This document shows positions 49,482 to 57,296 of a stretch of DNA of 64,000 nucleotides, piece by piece. This DNA is from a virus. The position numbers and the translations under genes are program-made. The notes below the pieces were generated by a model, which made no database searches, was not told the DNA's origin, and was given only the letters and a program-made list of their open reading frames with translations. The stretch covers positions 18,327-82,326 of the IMG/VR virus record IMGVR_UViG_3300032304_001768; one strand, written 5' to 3'. The stretch's first letter is position 1, and each line of letters opens with the position of its first letter.

Positions 49482-50276
49482 ATGTCTGCAAAATTAAGAA
49501 AGTATACCAAAGAATTTTTAGAACCTAAAGTTAAAGAAGTCACATCAATGACTGCTTTAATAGAAAGCATAGGGCTTAAACTTACTGGAGGCAGTTATCG
49601 ACTGTTAAAACAAAGAATAAATCAACATGGAATATCCATAGATCATTTTATTGGACATGGTTGGTCGAAAGGATTAACTAAAGAAACATCAGATACATTA
49701 AATAAAAATTCTCTTAAAACGAGGACGCCCCATGAAAAAGTTTTTTGTATAAATTCCGGGTTTAATTCTAGTAAATTAAAATATAGATTATTAGATCTTG
49801 GTTGGGAAGACAAATGCAATATTTGTGGATTGAAGGACTGGCTAGGTAATCCTATTACTTTACATGTTGATCATATAAATGGAATATCCGGAGATAATAG
49901 ATTGGAAAATTTGCAAATAATTTGTCCCAACTGCCATCAACAAACAGAAACATGGGGTAATAAAAAAGACAAGGGGAGTATGGTGAAATTGCTAAACACG
50001 CCAGACTTAGGATCTGGTGCCGAAGGGCTTGTCGGTTGGAGTCTGACTACTCCCACCAAAAAATGTATAGACTGTGATAAAAAATGCTCTTGTAATGCTA
50101 CAAGATGTAAATCTTGCGAAGCTATTAGAAAAAACAATAATATAAAAAAAAGAGTTTCTAAAGAACAATTAATTTTAGATTTAAAAGATTTAAAAACATA
50201 TGTTGAAATATCTAAAAAATATAATGTATCTGATGTATCCATTAAAAAATGGTGTAAATTTTATAATCTAGTTTAA
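49482..50276 (+). CDS. HNH homing endonuclease inside the tRNA-Leu insert
   Basis: C..CG..DW...ITLHVDHING...DNRLENL.IICPNCH; C-terminal Cys cluster and HTH. Confidence 0.9.
   Translation: MSAKLRKYTKEFLEPKVKEVTSMTALIESIGLKLTGGSYRLLKQRINQHGISIDHFIGHGWSKGLTKETSDTLNKNSLKTRTPHEKVFCINSGFNSSKLKYRLLDLGWEDKCNICGLKDWLGNPITLHVDHINGISGDNRLENLQIICPNCHQQTETWGNKKDKGSMVKLLNTPDLGSGAEGLVGWSLTTPTKKCIDCDKKCSCNATRCKSCEAIRKNNNIKKRVSKEQLILDLKDLKTYVEISKKYNVSDVSIKKWCKFYNLV
49974..50058 (+). tRNA. tRNA-Leu(TAG) embedded in frame within the HNH CDS
   Basis: GGGAGTA/TACTCCC, CCAGA-CTTAGGA-TCTGG, variable arm, ACCA; compensatory C19:G56. Confidence 0.85.
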
Positions 50277-50349
50277 ACAAAAGAATCTGTTGCTTAATCG
50301 CGTGTGGGTTCGAGTCCCACCATGCCGACCATTTAGATTAAATAGTTTT

Positions 50350-51155
50350 ATGTTAAACTTTAAACAATTCTTCTTCGAACGTGCATTCCACGGTTCACCA
50401 AACGAGGTGGCTGGAGATTTCAATCTGGATTATATTGGAACTGGCGAAGGTGGACAAGCTTTTGGTTGGGGATTGTATTTTGCAGAAAACCCTAAAGTTG
50501 CTGAAACGTATAAAAATTTACATCCATACTCTCAGAGAGAAGTTCGATACAAAGGAAAAACTCCGAGAGAATGGGAAGATGTTAGTGATGGAACGAGCAA
50601 TATGTTTGGGAGAAGATTAGACTGAATGTTTCAAAAGAAGATTTATTAAATTATCCATTGTCCAAACAACAGCTTGATTTGGTGAAATCACTTCCTGATG
50701 AATTGTTTCATAAAGGTAATATGTATGAAGTTAACATTGATGCATCCATAGATGATTTCATTCATTACGATGGATCAGAATCTGAATATGATCCAATCTT
50801 AAAAAAGATCAATGATGGAATCAAAAGATTCTATCATTATGATGAAGGTAATTATTTTCAAGGAACATACGATGGAAAATCCATTTATCCAAAGGTGTGT
50901 AAAGTGGTTGCAGATTTTGAAAATAATTTAGAACAGTTTGGATCACAACCCACCAAAAATGAACAGATATTAGGAAGTAAATTCCTAGCAAAAGTGGGAG
51001 TCAAAGGAATTCGATATTTAGATGAGCTATCCAGATCATCTGGACAAGGCACTTATAACTATGTTATATTTGATCCATCTATTATTAAAATAGTGAAAAC
51101 GAACGGTCAGTTTGTGATGCCTTCCAAGAAACCAGAATCTGTCGAAATCGATTGA
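50350..51155 (+). pseudogene. ADP-ribosyltransferase-like protein, frameshifted near 50588
   Basis: FHGS...GTGEG.QAFGWGLYFAE in one frame; YEV.I and G..GIRYLD...NYVIFD in the other frame, open from 50589. Confidence 0.65.
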
Positions 51156-51228
51156 CAAATCGAAATCGTGTGTTACTCTAAACACGTAATTGGCCATGTG
51201 GCGGATGAAAATTGAAAAATCAAGAAAA

Positions 51229-51306
51229 GGTTGCGTAGTCCAACGGGTAGGAGACAAGAAACTTAAAATTTCTACAGTATGGGTTCGAATCCCATCGCAA
51301 CTACCA
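51229..51306 (+). tRNA. tRNA-Leu(TAA) with short variable loop
   Basis: AGAAA-CTTAAAA-TTTCT, 5-nt variable loop, CCA. Confidence 0.85.
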
Positions 51307-51309
51307 AAT

Positions 51310-51385
51310 GGTGATATAGCTCAATGGTTAGAGCGTCCACCTCATAAGTGGAGGGTTATGGGTTCGAGTCCCATTATTACCACCA
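51310..51385 (+). tRNA. tRNA(CAT) Met or Ile2
   Basis: Cloverleaf, CCA. Confidence 0.88.
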
Positions 51386-51397
51386 TTTTTTAATACC

Positions 51398-51604
51398 ATG
51401 AAAAACATACAATATTATTATGTTGCTTGCGAAGCAACAGATGAACAGAAAGTAAATGCAGAATTTAAACATTATTTCAGATTGTATAAATTTGATGGTG
51501 TTGCTCCTATCCTTGTGGAGCAGGGTGTTGATTTAGTTCCTGTATGGGAAACTAAGTATAATGCTACATTTAATCAAATTAATCCTTATCCACATCTTGA
51601 TTGA
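51398..51604 (+). CDS. hypothetical protein
   Basis: 68-aa ORF filling the gap between tRNAs. Confidence 0.5.
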   Translation: MKNIQYYYVACEATDEQKVNAEFKHYFRLYKFDGVAPILVEQGVDLVPVWETKYNATFNQINPYPHLD

Positions 51605-51611
51605 TAAAAAC

Positions 51612-51691
51612 GCAGTTGTATACCCTTGCGCTACGAACGCATAGAAAGGTTAATCGGATACATGTAGGTTCAATTCCTATCAACTGTGCCA
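51612..51691 (+). tRNA. non-canonical D-armless tRNA-Arg(ACG)
   Basis: GCAGTTG/CAACTGT, TGCG-CTACGAA-CGCA, T arm, GCCA; no D arm. Confidence 0.7.
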
Positions 51692-51696
51692 TTTAT

Positions 51697-51780
51697 GGGG
51701 AAATGGTGGAATGGTATACACGGTAATCTCAAAAATTGTTGCTTAACAGCATGCGGGTTCGAGTCCCGCTTTCCCCACCA
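51697..51780 (+). tRNA. tRNA-Leu(CAA)
   Basis: Class II cloverleaf, CCA. Confidence 0.9.
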
Positions 51781-51782
51781 AT

Positions 51783-51895
51783 GGGCATGACATGGAGTAG
51801 ATGAGGGTTCGATTCCCTCACGGTCCACACTCTAAAAACGGGCCGATTGGTAGTGGCGCGACGGCACTCTTCGGGTTCGAGTCCCGACATGTCCA
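51783..51895 (+). ncRNA. two-headed tRNA-Ala/tmRNA-TLD-like RNA
   Basis: Two T arms; cross-paired acceptor stems GGGCATG/CATGTCC and GGGCCG/CGGTCC, both with G3:U70 and A73. Confidence 0.65.
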
Positions 51896-51913
51896 CAAAC
51901 TTTAAAAAAGACC

Positions 51914-51941
51914 TTGACTTCCTCGAAAGAGGTGTTACAAT
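51914..51941 (+). promoter_or_regulatory. sigma70-type promoter
   Basis: TTGACT-N16-TACAAT with TGn. Confidence 0.6.
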
Positions 51942-52020
51942 CAAGGCATCAAAACAACTTGAGTTTGAAAGAACCAAGGATCGCTAAATAAAAACAGGAG
52001 GGTGAAAGTCCCTCTGCAAC

Positions 52021-52095
52021 GCGCTTATGATGTCAACGGTAGCATGGCAGATTTCCAATCTGAGTGTCAGGATTCGAATTCCTGTGGGCGCACCA
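52021..52095 (+). tRNA. tRNA-Gly(TCC)
   Basis: Cloverleaf, A73, CCA. Confidence 0.85.
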
Positions 52096-52100
52096 AAATC

Positions 52101-52173
52101 CCGAGAGTAGCCTAATTGGTTAAGGCCCTACACTGTGAATGTAGCTATTCGAGTTCGATCCTCGGCTCGCGGA
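52101..52173 (+). tRNA. tRNA-His(GTG) lacking encoded G-1 and CCA
   Basis: CTACA-CTGTGAA-TGTAG; position -1 is C, N73 is A. Confidence 0.85.
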
Positions 52174-52246
52174 GAGGCAGGTATCACACTACTTCCACGT
52201 AGTCTGCCTTGGATGATTCCAATTTGGAATTAACTAAACGTGTGAT
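52174..52246 (+). ncRNA. HDV-like (theta-type) self-cleaving ribozyme
   Basis: P1 GAGGCAG/CTGCCTT with G1.U, P2 ATCACAC/GTGTGAT, P3 ACT/AGT, L3 TCCACGT, P1.1 GG, P4 hairpin, J4/2 C-TAA. Confidence 0.85.
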
Positions 52247-52266
52247 GAACATACTGGAAATTTCCA

Positions 52267-53694
52267 TTATCTGGATACTTCTTCCCAATCCATTGAAGCA
52301 TAAACATCATCGCCATTATCCTTAGAAGCAACAGCCAATGTAAGTTCGTAAGCTGTATTAGTAAATGAATTTCTTTCCAACTGAAATTTAAACAAGGCTT
52401 CTTTCAAGATATCTGTAGTTATGGTCGTTGAATTGCTAGAAGTTAAAAAGCCAGAAGCTAATACGCGACCTCCTGATAAGCTAGTCCCGGTAAGGTTATA
52501 TTCAACACTTGAATTATCAGCAGCAGATAACCAACTACCACCACTCGTTACACCGCTTGTAATAACCCTCCAATTGTAAACACCTGTCCCAACACCCATT
52601 ATTGATAGGGCTGTTAAGATAACAATAGCATCTAACCTAATGGATCTTAAACGAATTGAAACAACAGGTATATATGCACTAGCATTACCAAGATCTTTCG
52701 GAGTTTCAATATCTGTGCCAACTGCTTGTTGCAATCCTCTTAGCTCATAACCACCTTCGGATATAACAGTGCTACAAACTTGCTTCAATAAGCTAGGACT
52801 AGATGTAGCTGCTTTGTTCTCTATTTCATATCTCAATGGCAAAGATGCTGTTGTAATATACGTTGATGCTATTATATTTGCGTGATGAAAATAATGACAT
52901 GGCACAAATTGTCCGTTGATAACAAAACCTGTTCTAACGGTGCCAAGGCCAAGCCATTCAATATCCATGAAAAATATCTGAGCTTTTGTAATATCTAGCA
53001 CCAAACCAGACGGTCCAGAACCATCAAGAGGATCAACATTCCAATTGGCCTGCGCTATACGAGTCGAAGAGAGTGATCCTGACGTTATGCTACGCTCAAC
53101 CATATATAGTGTTGAATCATCAAGCTCCAAGTAAATACCATTGTCATTTCCAAAATATCCAACACGCTGTCTGAGATTTGTTTTAGCTGCGTTGAATGTG
53201 AAAGTGCTCATAATTTGAAGAGACTTACCGGGCTGATATGAAAATACCTTTGTGGTCTCTCTATACACCTTAGAACCACTCAATGCGTCAACTCTCAAAT
53301 CTACCAATCCTTGCGTCTGATTAAATGAAGCAGAAGCGGATGCTGCAACCGTGCCGCCAGTTAGAGTTGCCCACAAGTTATTGTCTGAGTATCTGTGAGA
53401 TGAATCAAATAGAGTCAGGGGTGCAGACATACGAACGCGACCAAATGCATCACTCGCCATATTAAAGTTACCATTAAAACGTGTGGGATCTACAATTACA
53501 ATAGGTTGCGGCTCGCTGTTATCAGATGTATTTACATTATAAGTCAACGTCGCATATTTCGGAAATTCACTCAGAGTCGAAGGCGTTCCATTATATGAAC
53601 TAATATTCGGAAATCTCGCATCGTCAACGATCTGCACATATTTACCATAATCAACAATAGCGGGATTTGCGTTGATATTAGAATTGATAGCCAT
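52267..53694 (-). CDS. putative virion structural protein
   Basis: DAFGR.R...P.TLFDS, YQPGKS, EWLG.G.VR; start 5 nt after a minus-strand TAAATA. Confidence 0.6.
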   Translation of the reverse strand: MAINSNINANPAIVDYGKYVQIVDDARFPNISSYNGTPSTLSEFPKYATLTYNVNTSDNSEPQPIVIVDPTRFNGNFNMASDAFGRVRMSAPLTLFDSSHRYSDNNLWATLTGGTVAASASASFNQTQGLVDLRVDALSGSKVYRETTKVFSYQPGKSLQIMSTFTFNAAKTNLRQRVGYFGNDNGIYLELDDSTLYMVERSITSGSLSSTRIAQANWNVDPLDGSGPSGLVLDITKAQIFFMDIEWLGLGTVRTGFVINGQFVPCHYFHHANIIASTYITTASLPLRYEIENKAATSSPSLLKQVCSTVISEGGYELRGLQQAVGTDIETPKDLGNASAYIPVVSIRLRSIRLDAIVILTALSIMGVGTGVYNWRVITSGVTSGGSWLSAADNSSVEYNLTGTSLSGGRVLASGFLTSSNSTTITTDILKEALFKFQLERNSFTNTAYELTLAVASKDNGDDVYASMDWEEVSR

Positions 53695-53757
53695 ATGTTT
53701 ATTTACCAAAACTTTCTGAAATTTTCCAAAAATCGAACTTGACATTCAGTTTGAGCC

Positions 53758-54198
53758 GTGATACAATCTGATATAACTCAACCATCTGAATTGATGAAAC
53801 TGTTTGAAAAAGTAAAAGAAATACGATCTAAAAATGGAGAACTTTATTTTGAACGCTGGGCTATTATCGAGATATCCAACTTTGCTGCTCTCTATATTCA
53901 TAGAATACATAAAGCAGACAAGGATAAACATCTACACACGCATCCTTGGAACTTTGCCAGTGTTATTCTTAAGGGCAGCTACATTGAATTGTGTGATGAT
54001 GGTAAGATTGTAAAAGAACCCGGATCAATTGCATTTGCTGGTAGGCATTTTTGTCATAGAATTGAAGAAATTATTTCTGGTCCTGTGTGGAGTTTGTTCT
54101 TCGTCTATGGTAAATATAAACCATGGTATTACAGTCTTGGGAAAATAGAATCCCAAGAATACAGAAAGATGAAGAACGAAAATAATCTTCCTGTATGA
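53758..54198 (+). CDS. cupin-like protein
   Basis: YIHRI...D.D..LH.HPW.F.S.IL.G.Y.E, HRI. Confidence 0.6.
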   Translation: MIQSDITQPSELMKLFEKVKEIRSKNGELYFERWAIIEISNFAALYIHRIHKADKDKHLHTHPWNFASVILKGSYIELCDDGKIVKEPGSIAFAGRHFCHRIEEIISGPVWSLFFVYGKYKPWYYSLGKIESQEYRKMKNENNLPV

Positions 54199-54203
54199 TT
54201 TAT

Positions 54204-54298
54204 GGAGAGTAATGCAGCCTCGGTGGCTGTCGCTGTTTGCTAAACAGAGGGAGGTCGTGAACAACGGCCTTTCGGTTCGATCCCGATGCTCTCCTCCA
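54204..54298 (+). tRNA. tRNA-Ser(GCT) with 8/4 architecture
   Basis: 8-bp acceptor, 4-bp T stem, 6-bp D stem, 8-bp variable arm, TCCA. Confidence 0.78.
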
Positions 54299-54344
54299 TT
54301 TTCAGGGTTGACAAACTGGATTCATGTGGTTAAATAGACCCGAT

Positions 54345-54734
54345 ATGAAGACATTACTGACAACAGCGCTACTTCTTATTTTCTCGGTCAGCTGCTCCGC
54401 TGTAAAGCCAATCAGCGTTCCGATGAAATCAAGCAAACCAACTCAAGTTCAAACCGGAAAAGCGTCGTGGTATTCCACTCTCTGCAACAGAGGAAGCAAG
54501 ACAGCGAGCGGTGAACGTTTGAACAACAATAGCTCAACAGCTGCCCACAAAACACTTCCAATGGGAACAAAGGTAAAAGTTACCAATGTTCGTAATGGTA
54601 AAAGTGAGATTGTTAAAATCTCTGACAGAGGACCGTATGTTAAGGGTCGTGTCATTGATGTGACAGTCGGTGTTGCATCTCGCCTCGGATTCAAATCTCA
54701 AGGCGTTACTGAGGTTAGAGTAGAAGTTCTATAA
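54345..54734 (+). CDS. RlpA-like lytic transglycosylase lipoprotein
   Basis: Lipobox VSC; GKASWY, TASGE, TAAHKTLPMGT.V.VTN, DRGPYVKGRVID. Confidence 0.88.
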   Translation: MKTLLTTALLLIFSVSCSAVKPISVPMKSSKPTQVQTGKASWYSTLCNRGSKTASGERLNNNSSTAAHKTLPMGTKVKVTNVRNGKSEIVKISDRGPYVKGRVIDVTVGVASRLGFKSQGVTEVRVEVL

Positions 54735-54742
54735 TAAAACAT

Positions 54743-55432
54743 ATGGCAACACAAGATAATCTAGGTGATAGATGTAAAAAATACGAAAGCACATTCGAGA
54801 ATTATTTTCTCCGCAAGACTCCGATCATTGTTCGGGTGGATGGAAAAGGCTTTAGTAAATGGACAAAGGGTTGCGCCCGTCCATACGATCAATCACTCAT
54901 CGATACCATGTTCAAATCAGCGAAAGAAGTTGCTGCCGAAATGCAAGGATGTAAAGCTTTGTATGCACAGAGCGATGAAGTCACATTCCTACTTCTTGAT
55001 GATGGGGATGAAACCACCCAGCAATGGTTTGGTGGTCGCCAGAATAAAATCGAAAGCATCACATCAGCTATGATGACTGCATTCTTTAATAAGAATTGGA
55101 TTGCTGAAAATCCAACTTCCAATAAGAAGCCAGCTATCTTTGATGCCAGATCATTTCAATGTCCTCGGGAAGATGTAAGCAATGTTTTCTTGTGGCGAGC
55201 TAAAGATTGGCAACGAAACAGTCTCAATATGTATTGCATGCAACACTTCTCTCATAAAGAACTGCAAGGCAAGAATCGTTTTGACAGAGTTGACATGCTC
55301 GCGAAACTTGGAAAGAATTGGGAAGCGGATGTGACTCCGCAGCAACGATTCGGATCTTTCTGGACATTAACAGGTGATCACTTGAATGTTGATCCTACTT
55401 ATGACAATATCAATTTTATAATTTTCTCATGA
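54743..55432 (+). CDS. tRNA(His) guanylyltransferase, Thg1-like
   Basis: VRVDGKGFS, YAQSDEVT, WFGGR..KI.S, FDAR, FLWR..D..RNS. Confidence 0.9.
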   Translation: MATQDNLGDRCKKYESTFENYFLRKTPIIVRVDGKGFSKWTKGCARPYDQSLIDTMFKSAKEVAAEMQGCKALYAQSDEVTFLLLDDGDETTQQWFGGRQNKIESITSAMMTAFFNKNWIAENPTSNKKPAIFDARSFQCPREDVSNVFLWRAKDWQRNSLNMYCMQHFSHKELQGKNRFDRVDMLAKLGKNWEADVTPQQRFGSFWTLTGDHLNVDPTYDNINFIIFS

Positions 55433-55440
55433 CTAATAAA

Positions 55441-55480
55441 TTAACACATATGCATTGACAATCTAATGCATATGTGTTAA
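55441..55480. repeat. perfect 16-bp inverted repeat overlapping a promoter
   Basis: TTAACACATATGCATT-N8-AATGCATATGTGTTAA spanning TTGACA-N17-TAAAAT. Confidence 0.85.
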
Positions 55481-55492
55481 AATTAAAAGGTA

Positions 55493-56009
55493 ATGGCTAA
55501 TATAAAAAGAATAACATACACATGTCCCTTGTGTGAAAAATTACAAGAAACCACGCAATATCGCTTCGATAGAAAAAAAAACTGCGTTTTGTAAAAACTG
55601 TGTAACTATAGGGACTCAAAAAGGAATTAAAAAACCTTTTATAACAGGTGAAAAAAGTGGAAGATGGAAAGGCTGCGAATATATTTCATCTGATGGATAT
55701 AAAATGGTTAAGTGTGATAATCAATTTCATCCATCTGGAAGATTAAAATATAAAAAAGAACACATTCTTATTTTAGAAAATGAATTAGGCCGAGAAATAA
55801 AAACTCAACAGGGAAATATGGGAGAACAAGTCCATCATGTTGACGGTGATAAATTAAATAATAACTTAGAAAATTTAGTTTTATGCTCCGATACAAGAGA
55901 GCATAGGCTCATTCATTGCCAATTAGAAGAAGTTTCTTTTGAATTGGTAAGGTTGGGGGTTATTTCCTTCGATAAAGAAACAAAACAATATAAAATAAAT
56001 GCAAGTTGA
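55493..56009 (+). pseudogene. HNH endonuclease interrupted by a frameshift at an A9 run
   Basis: CPLC in the ATG-55493 frame; CKNC and VHHVDGDKLNN..ENL in the +1 frame. Confidence 0.65.
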
Positions 56010-56643
56010 ACTATTAAATCATTTTGGAAGCGATCTAACCATCGCTAATATCGCCCGCGTGTCTTATGACAAAGAATCATCAGAATTTGGAGACAAAGAT
56101 GCGAAACTGTTAAAATTTCTGGCCGAACATAAACATACATCACCTTTTAGACACGCTCAATTACAATTTAGAATAGAATGTCCTGTTTTTGTAGAACGTC
56201 AACTATTCACTCATCAAATTGGATGGGCAAGAAATTCTATTTCTGGAAGATATGTTGATTTCTCAGACTCTTATTGGCTTCCCAATCAATTACGTTATCA
56301 GTCAAAAGACAGCAAACAAGGAAGTTCAGGCGATGTCGAATCAATATTAAATGATGAGTTATTAGAAGAAATGCGAGCCGTTGTGTCTCATGCACAAGAA
56401 GTTTATTCCAAAATGTGTAATGCTGGAGTGTCTAAAGAACAATGTCGTATTATTTTACCATTGGCATTAGAAACAAAATTCATTTGGACTGGTAGTATGC
56501 ATGCTTTTATGCATTTATGTCAACTTCGTTTGAAAGCAGATACTCAAAAAGAAACAAGAGATATTGTATCTGAAATGTTGGAATTGGTAAAGAACATCGA
56601 AGGCAATCCTTTCGAACACACTTTAAAAGCTTGGGGATACTAA
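55999..56643 (+). CDS. thyX: flavin-dependent thymidylate synthase
   Basis: ARVSY, HTSPF, FVERQL..H, NSISGRY, R.ILP, LR....Q.E.R. Confidence 0.92.
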   Translation: MQVELLNHFGSDLTIANIARVSYDKESSEFGDKDAKLLKFLAEHKHTSPFRHAQLQFRIECPVFVERQLFTHQIGWARNSISGRYVDFSDSYWLPNQLRYQSKDSKQGSSGDVESILNDELLEEMRAVVSHAQEVYSKMCNAGVSKEQCRIILPLALETKFIWTGSMHAFMHLCQLRLKADTQKETRDIVSEMLELVKNIEGNPFEHTLKAWGY

Positions 56644-56647
56644 TAAA

Positions 56648-57232
56648 ATGAAAAAATATCTAATCACTCTAAATGGTCATGGAGTAGAAACAGCAATTCT
56701 GAAGCTCACTCCCAAACAATATTCTTATTGGTTTAAGAAAAATGACGATGAGGAATTTGAAATCACGGATTACATTTGGTCCCCTGAAGATTTTCAGGGT
56801 GACATTCCAGATGACATGAATCTGCTGATTGAAGATGATGAAATTTATAGTTGGGATGAAAATCCACTTATTGAATTCCATTCTAGCACTCCCGACTTTG
56901 ATAATTGCGATATCTGTATTGAAGAAGATGGTGTTGAGATTTTGAATAAGTCCTTCATCGAATTCAATGATGAATACGAATGTTTGGAATCTACTGAAAC
57001 ATTACGAGGCCCAGATCGAATGATGGAAATCAATTCTTATGAAAAGGGAACAGTCTTTGGAGGATACATTGAAACTGATAATTTCGACCCATCTAAATTA
57101 AGGTTCCTTACAATCGAAGGACCAAACGATATGGATTATCTTGTATCTGTTGTTTATGGTGAAGAAGATATCATCGACACACAATCCGCGACCAGAGGAA
57201 AAGGTATGACAGTATCAGTTTGGGAGCAGTAA
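56648..57232 (+). CDS. acidic hypothetical protein
   Basis: 194-aa ORF; EKG.VF, FDPSKL. Confidence 0.6.
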   Translation: MKKYLITLNGHGVETAILKLTPKQYSYWFKKNDDEEFEITDYIWSPEDFQGDIPDDMNLLIEDDEIYSWDENPLIEFHSSTPDFDNCDICIEEDGVEILNKSFIEFNDEYECLESTETLRGPDRMMEINSYEKGTVFGGYIETDNFDPSKLRFLTIEGPNDMDYLVSVVYGEEDIIDTQSATRGKGMTVSVWEQ

Positions 57233-57296
57233 ATATCTACATTAGATGATACTTCTTTGTTGATTTTTTACTAACACTTAGATAAATACATTTGCT

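Larger units (their letters stand above)
49371..50331 (+). tRNA. tRNA-Leu split in the anticodon loop by a ~876-nt insert (halves ~49371-49405 and ~50282-50331)
   Basis: CGGCATG/CATGCCG acceptor, GCAGA/TCTGT anticodon stem, Leu-type variable arm, A73-CCA; likely CT-TAG-AA if joined. Confidence 0.85.

Noticed and set aside
49406-50281. Group I intron in tRNA-Leu
   Set aside because: Only ~75 nt of non-coding sequence upstream and ~5 nt downstream of the ORF; no recognisable P7/R/S elements; a U|...G| splice would give a 6-nt anticodon loop
49403-50285. Ochre suppressor produced by canonical 37/38 BHB splicing (CT-TTA-AA)
   Set aside because: Needs a C.A mismatch in the central helix, and TAA is the main stop codon here; a Leu(UAG) junction is more parsimonious
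51783-51895. Complete tmRNA gene
   Set aside because: Too short; no tag ORF or pseudoknots, only TLD-like halves
51995-52016. Additional tRNA at GAGGG-TGAAAGT-CCCTC
   Set aside because: Isolated T-arm-like hairpin without acceptor or anticodon arms
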